A stretch of DNA of 64,000 nt, taken from positions 4,759-68,758 of the forward strand of contig JAUWWC010000001.1 in assembly GCA_030617105.1 (NCBI GenBank), written 5' to 3'. The DNA comes from Candidatus Nealsonbacteria bacterium (GTDB lineage: Bacteria > Patescibacteriota > Minisyncoccia > Minisyncoccales > GWA2-38-27). This document shows, one piece after another, positions 27,808-38,331 of this stretch. Numbering within the stretch: the first letter of the stretch is position 1; every line of letters begins with the position of its first letter. A program made the translations under genes and the position numbers. Below the pieces are notes generated by a model. It searched no databases. It was not told the DNA's origin and saw nothing but the letters and a program-made list of their open reading frames with translations.

Positions 27808-27846
27808 ATGTACTTATTTTAAGACTATATGTTTAACTTTAGCGAA

Positions 27847-29118
27847 TCAAGGAGTTAATTCTTCTGAAGTGTAAAGGTTCCCTTCAGATAAAATATATAG
27901 CTTTTTATTAGCCCAGAAGATTTTAGGTTCTTTAAACTCAGTCAGGTCAACTATATTTATTCTATCTCGGTCGTCGATTTCGACGACTTTTATTTTATCT
28001 CCAGCATTAAAGATTAAATAATGGTTTGTATACCAGAAAACATTATCAATTCTCTCTGAGAAACGTGTTATAAATAGTTTTTCTCCAGGTTCCTTTTGTG
28101 GCTGGTCATATTTCTTTTCTAAGAATAAAACCCAGATTTCATAATTATTGAAATAAGCCATTTTTCTTGAATCAGGAGAGAATTTGAGATCTTTAATTGG
28201 TTCAAAGAGTTTTTGGAAAGATTTTTTACTTTCATCAAAAATATATAAAATATCATTTTCTTCCAAGAGAATATGAGAGTTGGAAGCTCTGATTTTATAT
28301 TTTGTTTCTTGTTTAACCTCAAAAGGAATCAGATTTAATCTTTCTTGGTTTTTGAAAACAAAGCCAGCTATGTCAAGATAGTAAATATCTTTGTTAGAAA
28401 TAAAGAGGGTAATTACATTTTTCAGTTCTGGGGCAGGGTCCAAGAAGGCTTGTTCAGGCCATTCTAAAAAACCAATAGAGGTCAAAACAGGAGGACTTTT
28501 ATCTATATCTAAAACATAATAATTTATTGTTTCTTTAAGGCCAACTTTCAGCAAGATTTTTTTTGAATCTGGAGAAAATCTTATATCAAACAACTCTACT
28601 TCTTCTTTTGATATGTCTTCTTCATCAATGAGATGGCTTTTGACATTTTTATCTATTTCAAAAAGCTTTAAAGACCAGCCAGGGCTTTTTAAGATTATCT
28701 TTTTCTTGTCTGGAGAAAAGAAAAAGTCCCTTACCCCTTTTGTTATTATTGTAAAGCCTGGGTTTTCTGGGATTAAGACGATATTTTTTGCTTCAGTAGC
28801 CTCTCTTTTCCTTATTTCTAATGTTTTCTCCCACTTATGAAATCCTTGTTTTTTAACCTCCACCTTATATTCTTTAGCCAAGAGATTTTCAATAAGTACT
28901 GAGCCAAAGAAGAAGTCAGTTTTCTCTTTTAGTTCTCCATTAAGATAAATTTCAGCGCTCCGTGGCCAGACCTTGAAATAGAAAATTCCTGGCTGGGTGA
29001 TTTTTTTGGTTTCCCAGTCAAAACGCCAGCCCAGGCAATACAAAACAGCTAAAGGAGCAATAATTAGAAATAAAATTAACAAAGATAAAAATAGAATAGT
29101 CCGCGTTTTATAAGTCAT
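27847..29118 (-). CDS. PEGA-domain membrane-anchored protein with beta-propeller-like repeats
   Basis: N-terminal TM; P..A.IYLNG..Y.VEVKKQGF..W; repeated FSPD. Confidence 0.75.
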   Translation of the reverse strand: MTYKTRTILFLSLLILFLIIAPLAVLYCLGWRFDWETKKITQPGIFYFKVWPRSAEIYLNGELKEKTDFFFGSVLIENLLAKEYKVEVKKQGFHKWEKTLEIRKREATEAKNIVLIPENPGFTIITKGVRDFFFSPDKKKIILKSPGWSLKLFEIDKNVKSHLIDEEDISKEEVELFDIRFSPDSKKILLKVGLKETINYYVLDIDKSPPVLTSIGFLEWPEQAFLDPAPELKNVITLFISNKDIYYLDIAGFVFKNQERLNLIPFEVKQETKYKIRASNSHILLEENDILYIFDESKKSFQKLFEPIKDLKFSPDSRKMAYFNNYEIWVLFLEKKYDQPQKEPGEKLFITRFSERIDNVFWYTNHYLIFNAGDKIKVVEIDDRDRINIVDLTEFKEPKIFWANKKLYILSEGNLYTSEELTP

Positions 29119-29187
29119 AGATATTTTTTAATTTTACCTTAAATTTTTACCCTTGCCAAGTTTTTGATTTTAGATTAAGATAGGAAT

Positions 29188-30459
29188 ATGGAAGAGAAGT
29201 TTATCATTCAAGGAGGCAATCCTTTAAAAGGAGAAGTTGAAATAAGAGGAGCAAAAAATGCTGCTTTCCCTATATTAGCAGCTTCTGTTTTAACCAAAGA
29301 AACTTGTGTTATTGATAACATTCCTTTGATTGAGGATGTTTTCAAAATGATAAAAATTCTTGAAAAGATGGGAGCTGAAATTTCTTGGACAGGGAAGAGA
29401 AAAATTGAAATAAATTCTTCAAAAGTTAGACCTTCAAAAATTCCTTTTAATCTTGTAGCATGTTTTAGAGGGTCTGTTTTAGTTTTAGGAGGATTATTGG
29501 GTCGTTTCAATAGAGTAAAGATTCCTTCTCCTGGCGGGTGCCTTATTGGGGCAAGGCCTATTGATACTCATTTAGATGCTTTTGAGCAAGCAGGGGTTAG
29601 AGTTTCTCCAGAGAGCGGATTTTATTGCTTTGAAAAGAGAAAAGAGGACAAAGCAATTGAGGTTATTCTTAAAGAAATAAGCGTTACAGCAACAGAGAAT
29701 ATGCTTTTGTTTGCTGCTGCTAATTCTAAGAAAACAGTTATTAAGATAGCTGATCAGGATTATCAGGTTCAAGATTTGATTAAAGTTCTTGAGAAAATGG
29801 GTGCTGAAATTAAACACTCTGGAGTTAGGGAATTAGAAATTATTGGAAAGAAAAGATTAAAAGGATTTAAACACTTTATAATGTATGATCCTATTGAAGC
29901 AGGCACTTTTATTATTGCAGCTTTGGCAACAAGAGGACAAGTAATAATTAAAAATGCTGAATTATCCTTTCTTAGTTTATTTTTAAAAAGATTAAAGGAC
30001 TTCGGCGCTAATTTTAAAATATTAGATTCAAAAACTATTAGAGTTTTACCTTCAAAAAAGCTTAAAATTGATAAAATTCAAAGTTTACCCTACCCTGGTA
30101 TTCATTCTGATTTGCAGCCAGAATTAGGCGTATTGGCAACTCAGACGAAAGGTGCCACTTTAATACATGATCCTTTGTTTGAAGGTAGATTAAGATATCT
30201 TAATGAGTTAAATAAGATGGGAGCTGATATTATTTTCTGCGATCCTTATAGAGCTATTGTTTATGGTCCAAGCCAGCTTCAGGCAATTGAGATGCCTAGT
30301 TCAGACATTAGGGCTGGAGCAGCAATGATTATTGCAGGACTTATCGCAAAAGGAACAACTGTTATTCATAATGTTTATCAGATTGATAGAGGGTATGAAA
30401 AGATAGAAGAGCGTCTTCAGAAATTAGGAGCAGATATAAAAAGAAGAATCCAAAAGTAA
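29188..30459 (+). CDS. murA: UDP-N-acetylglucosamine 1-carboxyvinyltransferase
   Basis: GAKNA, PGGCLIGARPID.H, IDRGYE. Confidence 0.96.
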   Translation: MEEKFIIQGGNPLKGEVEIRGAKNAAFPILAASVLTKETCVIDNIPLIEDVFKMIKILEKMGAEISWTGKRKIEINSSKVRPSKIPFNLVACFRGSVLVLGGLLGRFNRVKIPSPGGCLIGARPIDTHLDAFEQAGVRVSPESGFYCFEKRKEDKAIEVILKEISVTATENMLLFAAANSKKTVIKIADQDYQVQDLIKVLEKMGAEIKHSGVRELEIIGKKRLKGFKHFIMYDPIEAGTFIIAALATRGQVIIKNAELSFLSLFLKRLKDFGANFKILDSKTIRVLPSKKLKIDKIQSLPYPGIHSDLQPELGVLATQTKGATLIHDPLFEGRLRYLNELNKMGADIIFCDPYRAIVYGPSQLQAIEMPSSDIRAGAAMIIAGLIAKGTTVIHNVYQIDRGYEKIEERLQKLGADIKRRIQK

Positions 30460-30460
30460 T

Positions 30461-31468
30461 ATGTTTATTAAGAAAATTGGCATTGATTTAGGAACCTGCA
30501 ATTCAGTGGTTTTTACTCCTAAAAAAGGAGTGGTTTTGACTGAACCTTCAGTAGTAGCAGTTACTCTTGCTGAAAACAAAATTCTGGCTGTAGGTCAAGA
30601 AGCAAAAGAAATGACTGGTCGAACACCTGATACGATTAGGATTTATAGACCTTTAAAAGATGGAGTAATTGCTGATTATAGAGTTACTGAAGCAATGCTG
30701 AGATATTTTGTTAAGAGAGCAGCAAGAAGTTTTAGGTTTTTTAAACCAGAGCTTTTAGTTGGAGTACCAGCTGGTATCACTTCTACTGAGAAAAGAGCAG
30801 TGATTGAAGCTGGGATGGCAGCTGGAGCTAAGGGAGTTTACGTTGCTAAAGAGCCAATTTTAGCTGCAATTGGGGCTGGCATTCCTATTAATTCTTGTTC
30901 AGGCCATATGATTGTTGATATTGGCGGAGGGACTTCAGAAGTAGCTGTGATTTCTCTTGGCGGGATAGTAACTTGCAGTTCTCTTAGAGTAGCTGGAGAT
31001 AAAATGGACCAGGCAATTTCCAATTACATCAAGAAGAAGTATAATCTGGCTATTGGTGAACAGACAGCTGAAGAGATAAAGATAAAAATTGGCACAGCTT
31101 TGCCAGAGAAGGAAGAGAAAGAAATGGAAATCAGGGGCAGGAATTTAATTTCTGGCTTGCCTCAGAACATTAAGATTAGTTCTAACGAGGTTTGTGAGGC
31201 AATTTCTGACCGGCTTGATGAAATTGTTCAGATAGTTAAGGCAGTTTTAAGAGAGACGCCTCCTGAGCTTTCAGCTGATATTATGGATAAAGGAATGATT
31301 CTTTCAGGCGGGGGAGCATTGGTTAGAAATATTGATGGACTTATTGCTCGGGCTACTGGAGTTCCTTGTTTTTTAGCTGAAGATCCATTGCTTTGCGTTG
31401 CAAAAGGACCAGGAGTAGTGCTGGAGAGTCTTGAAGCATATAAGAAGAGTATAATGACTAAAAAGTGA
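30461..31468 (+). CDS. mreB: Rod shape-determining protein MreB/Mbl (copy 1)
   Basis: IDLGT, RPLKDGVIAD, DIGGGT, TPPELSADI. Confidence 0.95.
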   Translation: MFIKKIGIDLGTCNSVVFTPKKGVVLTEPSVVAVTLAENKILAVGQEAKEMTGRTPDTIRIYRPLKDGVIADYRVTEAMLRYFVKRAARSFRFFKPELLVGVPAGITSTEKRAVIEAGMAAGAKGVYVAKEPILAAIGAGIPINSCSGHMIVDIGGGTSEVAVISLGGIVTCSSLRVAGDKMDQAISNYIKKKYNLAIGEQTAEEIKIKIGTALPEKEEKEMEIRGRNLISGLPQNIKISSNEVCEAISDRLDEIVQIVKAVLRETPPELSADIMDKGMILSGGGALVRNIDGLIARATGVPCFLAEDPLLCVAKGPGVVLESLEAYKKSIMTKK

Positions 31469-31469
31469 T

Positions 31470-32216
31470 ATGACCGCTCATCAGAAACAATGGCAATTTT
31501 TAAAAAAATCAGTTGAGCTTGGGAAACTTCCCCATGCTCTTTTGTTCTATGGCCAACAGGGCTTAGGGAAAAAAGCATTAGCAATTGAGTTTTCCAAGTT
31601 TCTTATCAAGGAAATAAGTCCTCCTGATTTTATTTTAATTGAACCTCAAGGCAAAGAAATCCAGATTGCTCAAATAAGAAACCTTATACAAAAACTTTGT
31701 TTCAAACCGTATTTAGCTGATTTTAAAATTGCAGTTATAAATAAAGCTCACTTAATGACCCAAGAATCTCAAAACTGCTTTTTAAAGTTTCTTGAGGAGC
31801 CAACAGATAAAACATATTTAATTCTAATAACGGAATATCCTGCAATGCTTGTTCCAACTATTCTTTCCCGGGTTCAGAAAATTAGGTTTTTTCCTGAAAA
31901 GGGTTTTGAAATTGAGGATAATAAAGAGCTGATTTCAGATTTAGTAAAGATAACTAAATCTGATTTAGCATCTCGCTTTCAATATGCTAAGAATGTTTCA
32001 TTAGAGGATTTGAAAGAAACTTTAGATACCTGGCTAAGATATTTCAGAAAGATATTCATTAACAGATTAACCGGGCAAAGAATAGAAGATTTTAATCAGT
32101 ATTCTTTATCTAAACTAAAAGAGATTATAAGGCATATTCAATCCACAAAATTTCTAATCTCCACCACTAACACCAACCCCCGCCTCGCTTTAGAAATTTT
32201 GCTAATGGAATTTTAA
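31470..32216 (+). CDS. holB: DNA polymerase III delta' subunit
   Basis: HALLFYG..GLGK, N..LKFLEEP, PTILSR. Confidence 0.85.
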   Translation: MTAHQKQWQFLKKSVELGKLPHALLFYGQQGLGKKALAIEFSKFLIKEISPPDFILIEPQGKEIQIAQIRNLIQKLCFKPYLADFKIAVINKAHLMTQESQNCFLKFLEEPTDKTYLILITEYPAMLVPTILSRVQKIRFFPEKGFEIEDNKELISDLVKITKSDLASRFQYAKNVSLEDLKETLDTWLRYFRKIFINRLTGQRIEDFNQYSLSKLKEIIRHIQSTKFLISTTNTNPRLALEILLMEF

Positions 32217-32221
32217 AATCA

Positions 32222-32315
32222 TTGACCAATTCGTCTAATTTGTTTAATATATAATTAGTTACCGAAGATCTTTCGGTTTTAACAAGTAAATAATTTCAGA
32301 AAGGAGCAAAAGATA
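32222..32315 (+). promoter_or_regulatory. Cassette leader
   Basis: TTGACC-17-TAATAT; ACCGAAGATCTTTCGGT hairpin; TTTAACAA; GAAAGGAG. Confidence 0.65.
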
Positions 32316-32627
32316 ATGAAAGAACATATTGGAGAATTGATTATAGGAATATTTCGAGGCGTATTTAGAATTTCATCATGGATTACTCAAAAAAATTGCA
32401 TCCTGGGATTTAGCTGGTTATTTATAGTAGCCTTTGGAAGTTGTATGCTGATGAACTACTTTGGGAAAGTAGCCTCTGGATGGAGGATATACTCTGGATT
32501 AGGGTTAGGAATAGGATTCGCTGCTGTGGCAACAGTGATTATAGTAATTACATGTTTGGGTTTTCTTTATGGTTCTGGAAAAATTAAAGAAGAAATCAAC
32601 CCAGATAGTCAGAAAGCTTGGGGTTAA
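32316..32627 (+). CDS. Small membrane protein (accessory)
   Basis: Two TM helices; strong SD; own terminator. Confidence 0.75.
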   Translation: MKEHIGELIIGIFRGVFRISSWITQKNCILGFSWLFIVAFGSCMLMNYFGKVASGWRIYSGLGLGIGFAAVATVIIVITCLGFLYGSGKIKEEINPDSQKAWG

Positions 32628-32647
32628 TAAAATCCCAAGCTTTTTTT
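32611..32647 (+). terminator. Intrinsic terminator overlapping the stop codon
   Basis: AAAGCTTGGG..CCCAAGCTTT plus T tract. Confidence 0.8.
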
Positions 32648-32692
32648 GTTTTGCTCGACAGGGGATGGATTTTTTGTTATTATAAAATATCT

Positions 32693-33250
32693 ATGGAATA
32701 CAAGGAGATTATTGATAAAATTAAGCCGGAGATGGAGAAAGTTATTAGTTTCTTAGAAAGGGAATTGGCTAAGATTAGGACTGGCAGGGCTTCGGTTTCT
32801 TTGATTGAAGATATAGTTGTTGAATGTTTTGGCCAGAAGTTTCCTTTAAAGCAATTAGCAGCAATATCTTCTCCAAGCCTTAAGCAGATTGTTATTCAAC
32901 CCTGGGATAAGTCATATATTGAGCCAATTGAGAAAGCGGTTTCTCAATCAAGCTTGGGAGCAGCTCCAATTGTTGATAAAGATTTAATTCGTATTTCTTT
33001 GCCTCCTTTAAGTGAAGAGTATAGAAATAATTTACTTAGAATTCTTTCAGAAAAGCAAGAAGAGGCAAGGAAAACAATAAGGCATTGGAGAGGAGAGGGC
33101 TGGGAGGAAGTTCAAGAGAAAACCAAAGATGGAGAGATTAGAGAGGATGATAAATTTAGAGCTAAAGATGAACTTCAGGATTTAATTGATGAGTATAATA
33201 AGAAGATAGAGGAAATGGGAGAGAGGAAGAAAAAAGAAATATTAGAGTAA
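32693..33250 (+). CDS. frr: Ribosome recycling factor
   Basis: IRTGRA, IQPWD, PPLSEE.R; start moved to ATG 32693. Confidence 0.96.
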   Translation: MEYKEIIDKIKPEMEKVISFLERELAKIRTGRASVSLIEDIVVECFGQKFPLKQLAAISSPSLKQIVIQPWDKSYIEPIEKAVSQSSLGAAPIVDKDLIRISLPPLSEEYRNNLLRILSEKQEEARKTIRHWRGEGWEEVQEKTKDGEIREDDKFRAKDELQDLIDEYNKKIEEMGERKKKEILE

Positions 33251-33251
33251 T

Positions 33252-34337
33252 ATGATATTAATAATTGTTACAGCTTTTTTTAGCCTCATTGGGTTAATAA
33301 TATTGCATGAATTAGGTCATTTTGTTTTAGCTAAAAAGTTTGGAGTAAAGGTTGAAGAGTTTGGCTTGGGTTATCCTCCCAGATTGTTTGGAAAGAAAAT
33401 AGGGGAGACAATTTATTCTTTAAATCTTTTGCCTTTTGGTGCTTTTGTTAAGATTTATGGTCAGGAAAAAAGAGCAAAGGGGCCTCGGAGTTTTGGTGCT
33501 AAACCTTTTTGGCAGAAAGCTCTTATCATATTAGGCGGGGTTGTAAGTTTCTGGATAGTTGCTGCAATTTTATTAAGCATTGTAATGGGACTTGGTGTTC
33601 CATCAATGATAGATGATGAAGAAGGCGGTATTTTAAAAGATCCTAAAGTTCAGATTATTAGTATTGTTTCTAATTCTCCAGCTGAACAAGCAGAATTAAA
33701 ACTTGGAGATGCAATTAAAAATGTTAAATGTCAGATATTAGATGCTGAAATCAATAAGGTGAAAGAGGTTCAAGAATCAATTGACATTTGCAAAGGACAA
33801 GAAACTGTTTTAACAATTCAAAGAGGAAGGGATATTTTTGATGTTTCTTTAATTCCAAGGATTTCTCATCCCAAAGAAGAAGGTCCAATGGGAGTAGCCT
33901 TAGTTAGAACAGCTTTAAAATCCTATCCTTGGTATCAAGCTCCAAATGAAGGAACTAAAGCTACAGCAGCTTTAACAATAGCAGTAATTAGAGGATGGGG
34001 AATGGTTTTTTCAAGTTTATTTCAAGGCAAGGGAATTCCTCCTGGCGTTGAGATTGGAGGGCCAGTGAGAATCTTTGAACTTTTTGTTGATGTAGGAACC
34101 TTAGGAGTAAATTATTTCTTGCAGTTTATAGCTTTAATTTCTATTTCTCTTGCTTTAATTAATATCCTGCCTATTCCAGCCTTGGACGGCGGCTGGTTGT
34201 TATTTCTTGTTATTGAAAAATTAAGGGGAAAGCCATTAAATGATAAGATTGTTCAGAAGATCAGTATTACTTTCTTTTTCTTATTAATTGCTTTAATGAT
34301 TTGGATTACAATAAAAGATATTATTAGATTGTTTTAA
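33252..34337 (+). CDS. rseP: Site-2 (M50) metalloprotease with PDZ domain
   Basis: HELGH, NILPIPALDGG. Confidence 0.93.
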   Translation: MILIIVTAFFSLIGLIILHELGHFVLAKKFGVKVEEFGLGYPPRLFGKKIGETIYSLNLLPFGAFVKIYGQEKRAKGPRSFGAKPFWQKALIILGGVVSFWIVAAILLSIVMGLGVPSMIDDEEGGILKDPKVQIISIVSNSPAEQAELKLGDAIKNVKCQILDAEINKVKEVQESIDICKGQETVLTIQRGRDIFDVSLIPRISHPKEEGPMGVALVRTALKSYPWYQAPNEGTKATAALTIAVIRGWGMVFSSLFQGKGIPPGVEIGGPVRIFELFVDVGTLGVNYFLQFIALISISLALINILPIPALDGGWLLFLVIEKLRGKPLNDKIVQKISITFFFLLIALMIWITIKDIIRLF

Positions 34338-34343
34338 AATAAT

Positions 34344-35588
34344 ATGAAACAGTCAAAACTTTTTTATAAAACAATGAAAAAAGCTCCAAAAGCAGCTGAG
34401 ATTGCTTCTCATAAGTTATTATTGAGAAGTGATTTTATTTCTCAACTTGCTTCAGGCATTTATACTTTTCTTCCTTTAGGATACAAGGTTCATCAGAAAA
34501 GAGAGAGTATTATTAGACAGGAAATGGATTCAATCGGAGGCCAGGAGATTTTTATGCCTTCTTTTCAGCCAAAAGAACTTTGGCAGAAAACAGGTCGTTG
34601 GGTCAATATGGATCCTCCTCTTTTTAAAATAAAAGATAGGCACAAGAAAGAGTTTGCATTAGGTTCAACCCATGAAGAAGTAATTACAGATTTAGTTAAA
34701 GATAGAATTCAATCATATAAGGATCTTCCTTTAGCTCTTTATCAGATTCAGAATAAGTTTAGAAATGAAATGCGTTTTACAGGAGGTCTTTTACGCGCAA
34801 GAGAATTTGTAATGAAGGACCTTTATAGTTTTCATACTGATAATAATGATTTAGAAAAGTTCTTTAATAAGGTTCTCAAAGCTTATGACAAAATTTATAA
34901 CAGATGTGGCTTGAAAGCTGTGAAAAGCGAAGCATCTGGAGGAGTGTTTACCAAAGAGAAAACCTATGAGTTTCAGGTATTGTCAGAAATAGGGGAAGAT
35001 AGAATAATTCATTGTGAAAAATGCAATTGGGCAATGAATTTAGAAAACATAAACAAAAACAAGATGCCTAAGAGGTGCCCAGAATGTAATGGTAAAGTAG
35101 TTAAGAAGAATTCTATTGAAGTGGGCCATACTTTTAAACTGGGAACAAAGTATTCCAAAGACCTTAATCTTTATTTCAAAGGCAAAAAGGGAGAAAATAG
35201 ATTAGTATTAATGGGATGTTATGGAATTGGCATAGGAAGGTTAATGGCAACAGTTGTTGAAATTAATCATGATGATAAAGGAATTATTTGGCCAGAAGAG
35301 GTGGCTCCTTTTCAGGTTCATTTAATTCAGATTGAGGATAATCAGAAAGTTAGAAAAGCAGCAGAGAAGCTGTATAAAGATTTACAAAACAAAGGAGTTG
35401 AAGTACTATATGATGATAGAACCGATAAGAGTGCTGGAGAGAAGTTTGCTGAAGCAGATTTAATTGGAATTCCAATTCGGCTGGTTGTGAGCGAAAAAAC
35501 ATTGAAAAAGAACTCTCTAGAGGTTAAAAATAGAGATAAAAATAAAGTATGCTTAATAAAATTTTCTCATATATCTCAAATAATATAG
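34344..35588 (+). CDS. proS: Proline--tRNA ligase (short form, reduced editing domain)
   Basis: THEE, KFRNE.R..GLLRAREF.MKD.YSF, MGCYGIG. Confidence 0.96.
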   Translation: MKQSKLFYKTMKKAPKAAEIASHKLLLRSDFISQLASGIYTFLPLGYKVHQKRESIIRQEMDSIGGQEIFMPSFQPKELWQKTGRWVNMDPPLFKIKDRHKKEFALGSTHEEVITDLVKDRIQSYKDLPLALYQIQNKFRNEMRFTGGLLRAREFVMKDLYSFHTDNNDLEKFFNKVLKAYDKIYNRCGLKAVKSEASGGVFTKEKTYEFQVLSEIGEDRIIHCEKCNWAMNLENINKNKMPKRCPECNGKVVKKNSIEVGHTFKLGTKYSKDLNLYFKGKKGENRLVLMGCYGIGIGRLMATVVEINHDDKGIIWPEEVAPFQVHLIQIEDNQKVRKAAEKLYKDLQNKGVEVLYDDRTDKSAGEKFAEADLIGIPIRLVVSEKTLKKNSLEVKNRDKNKVCLIKFSHISQII

Positions 35589-36601
35589 CCATTGACTTAG
35601 GAACTGCGAATTCTTTGGTTTATGTTCAGGGCAAGGGGATAGTTATTAATGAACCTTCAGTAGTTGCAATAAACAAGAAAACAGGCCAGATTTTGGCAAT
35701 TGGTGAAGAAGCTAAGAAAATGGTTGGCCGGACTCCAGCTCATATTGTAGCTACCAGGCCTTTGGTTGACGGAGTGGTTTCTGATTTTGAGGTTACAGAG
35801 CAAATGCTCAAGTATTTTATTGAGAAGGTTCACAAAAGAAAATTTATCCTAGGCCCCCGTCCTCGAGTTATTGTTGGTATTCCTTATGGAGTTACTGAAG
35901 TTGAGAAGAAGGCAGTTCGTGATGCTACTAAAAATGCTGGAGCAAGAGATGTTTTTTTGATAGAAGAGCCAATGGCAGCAGCTATTGGGGCAAGGTTAGC
36001 AGTTCAGGAAGCTGGCGGCAACTTTGTTGTTGATATTGGAGGAGGGACAACTGAAGTAGCAGTAATTTCTCTTGGAGGAGTAGTTATTGCCAAGAGCTTG
36101 CGCATTGCTGGAGATAGGCTTAATGAAGATATAATTCAGTTTGCTCAAGATGAGTATAAGTTGTTAATAGGAGAGAGGGGAGCTGAAGAGGTTAAAATTG
36201 GAATCGGCTCTGCTTATCCTTTAAAAGAAAAAAGAGAGCTTCCCTTGAGAGGAAGAAATCTAATTACTGGTCTGCCAGAAGAGATTTTGGTTAATGATGA
36301 AGATATTAGAAAGGCCTTGAGCAAGTCAGTAAAGCAGATTGTTACAGCTATAAAAACTACAGTAGAAGAAACCCCGCCTGAACTTTTAGCTGATATTATG
36401 GCAAAAGGGATTCATTTAGCAGGCGGTGGCAGTTTGCTTAAAGGATTAAGTATTTTAATCCAAGAAGAGGTGAAGATTCCTGTTAAAATTATTGAGGATC
36501 CAATGACTGTAATGGTTAGGGGAGCAGGAATGGTTTTAGAAGATCTTGATGGATTGCATGAGATATTAGCTGAGACAGAAGAAATGGAACCACCAAGATA
36601 A
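35549..36601 (+). CDS. mreB: Rod shape-determining protein MreB (copy 2)
   Basis: IDLGTAN, EEPMAAAIGA, DIGGGTTE. Confidence 0.95.
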   Translation: MLNKIFSYISNNIAIDLGTANSLVYVQGKGIVINEPSVVAINKKTGQILAIGEEAKKMVGRTPAHIVATRPLVDGVVSDFEVTEQMLKYFIEKVHKRKFILGPRPRVIVGIPYGVTEVEKKAVRDATKNAGARDVFLIEEPMAAAIGARLAVQEAGGNFVVDIGGGTTEVAVISLGGVVIAKSLRIAGDRLNEDIIQFAQDEYKLLIGERGAEEVKIGIGSAYPLKEKRELPLRGRNLITGLPEEILVNDEDIRKALSKSVKQIVTAIKTTVEETPPELLADIMAKGIHLAGGGSLLKGLSILIQEEVKIPVKIIEDPMTVMVRGAGMVLEDLDGLHEILAETEEMEPPR

Positions 36602-36628
36602 TAATTTTTAATTTTTAATTTTAAAACT

Positions 36629-36934
36629 ATGATATCCCAAGAAGATACTAAACATATAGCTAAGTTAGCTAGATTAGGTTTGAAAGAAGCCGAGATTAAG
36701 AAGTTCCAGAAAGAGCTTTCTTCAATTTTGAATTACTTTAATTTGTTAAAAAAGGTTGATGTTTCAAATGTTGAACCAACTTTTCACCCAGGTGAGAATT
36801 ATTTCAAAGAAAGATTAGACATAATGAGGCAGGATAAAGCGGAATCTGAAAAACCCGAGAAAGTAAATAAACTCATTGAAGCTGCTCCTGACAAGAAAAA
36901 AAGACACATTAAAGTTAAGGCAGTGTTTAAATGA
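36629..36934 (+). CDS. gatC: Asp/Glu-tRNA amidotransferase subunit C
   Basis: HIAKLARL, VEPT; precedes gatA. Confidence 0.92.
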   Translation: MISQEDTKHIAKLARLGLKEAEIKKFQKELSSILNYFNLLKKVDVSNVEPTFHPGENYFKERLDIMRQDKAESEKPEKVNKLIEAAPDKKKRHIKVKAVFK

Positions 36935-38331
36935 ACAATTTAACTATAAGCCAAGCTCATAAAGGACTTTTAGAAAAGAAATTTTCAGCATTAGAATTAA
37001 CCAAGTTATTTTTAAATAAGATTAAGAAGCAGGATAAAAAGATTTCTGCTTTTTTAACAATTACTGACGATTTAGCTCTTTCTCAGGCAAAACAAGTTGA
37101 TAAATTGATTTCAGACAATAAAAAGATTCCAATTTTAGCTGGAATTCCTTTGGCTGTTAAAGATAACATATTAGTTGATGGGGTAAAAGCAACTTGCGCT
37201 TCTAAAATCCTTGAAAACTACATTGCTCCTTATGATGCAACCTGTATTAAGAAACTTAAACAACCTGGAGCTGTAATTTTAGGGAAAACCAATCTGGACG
37301 AATTTGCTATGGGTTCTTCAACAGAACATTCTGCCTTTTCTCCGACTAAAAATCCCAATGATTTGACCCGAGTGCCTGGAGGAAGTTCTGGAGGGTCAGC
37401 AGCAGCTGTTTCTGCTGATTTATGCTGTTATGCCCTTGGTTCTGACACAGGCGGCTCCATTAGGCAGCCAGCTTCTTTTTGCGGGGTAGTTGGATTAAAG
37501 CCAACCTATGGAGCAGTTTCCCGTTATGGTTTAATTGCTTTTGCTTCTTCTTTAGATCAAATTGGTCCTATTACAAAGACAGCAGAGGATGCGCAGATTG
37601 TATTTAAAGCTATTTCTGGAAAGGACAAGAAAGATTCAACATCAGTAGAGCTATCAGAGACCCGGGTCTCTGTAAAGCTCAAAGATTTACGAATTGGTAT
37701 TCCCAAAGAATATTTTATTAAAGGAATGGATTCAGAGGTAGAAAAGATAATTAGACAAGCAATTAAAAAAATACAAGAAATAGGAGCAAAGGTTGAAGAA
37801 ATCAGTTTGCCTCATACAGAATATGGATTAGCTGTTTATTACCTTATTATGCCTTCTGAGGCTTCAGCTAATTTAGCAAGATATGATGGAGTTAAATACG
37901 GGTTATCCAAATCTGCTAAAGATTTGTTAAATGTATATTTGGATAGCAGGGCAGGGGGGTTTGGAGATGAGGTTAAGAGGAGGATTATGCTGGGCACATA
38001 TGCATTATCTGCAGGTTATTACGACGCATATTATTTGAAAGCTCAGAAAGTTAGGACTTTGATTAAGCATGATTTTGATAAGGCCTTTAACAAAGTTGAT
38101 GCTATTTTTACTCCTACTTCTCCATTTCCGGCTTTCAAGCTTGGAGAAAAGATTAAAGATCCTGTTTCAATGTATCTTTCTGATATCTTTACTGCTTGTG
38201 TAAATTTAGTGGGTCTGCCAGCTGTTTCTATGCCAGTTGGGTTTGCAGGAAAACTTCCAGTTGGTTTGCAGATTATTGGAAAGCCATTTGAAGAAAATAA
38301 AATATTAGAAATTAGCAAGGTCTATGGATAA
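36931..38331 (+). CDS. gatA: Asp/Glu-tRNA amidotransferase subunit A
   Basis: GGSSGGS, GSDTGGSIRQPA amidase signature. Confidence 0.97.
   Translation: MNNLTISQAHKGLLEKKFSALELTKLFLNKIKKQDKKISAFLTITDDLALSQAKQVDKLISDNKKIPILAGIPLAVKDNILVDGVKATCASKILENYIAPYDATCIKKLKQPGAVILGKTNLDEFAMGSSTEHSAFSPTKNPNDLTRVPGGSSGGSAAAVSADLCCYALGSDTGGSIRQPASFCGVVGLKPTYGAVSRYGLIAFASSLDQIGPITKTAEDAQIVFKAISGKDKKDSTSVELSETRVSVKLKDLRIGIPKEYFIKGMDSEVEKIIRQAIKKIQEIGAKVEEISLPHTEYGLAVYYLIMPSEASANLARYDGVKYGLSKSAKDLLNVYLDSRAGGFGDEVKRRIMLGTYALSAGYYDAYYLKAQKVRTLIKHDFDKAFNKVDAIFTPTSPFPAFKLGEKIKDPVSMYLSDIFTACVNLVGLPAVSMPVGFAGKLPVGLQIIGKPFEENKILEISKVYG
37646..37673. repeat. Palindromic element in-frame in gatA
   Basis: TAGAGCTATCAGAGACCCGGGTCTCTGT; related copies at 47600 and 61541. 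Confidence 0.75.

Noticed and set aside
30461-36601. Two mreB genes as a recent duplication
   Set aside because: The copies are clearly divergent, and multiple MreB paralogs are common.
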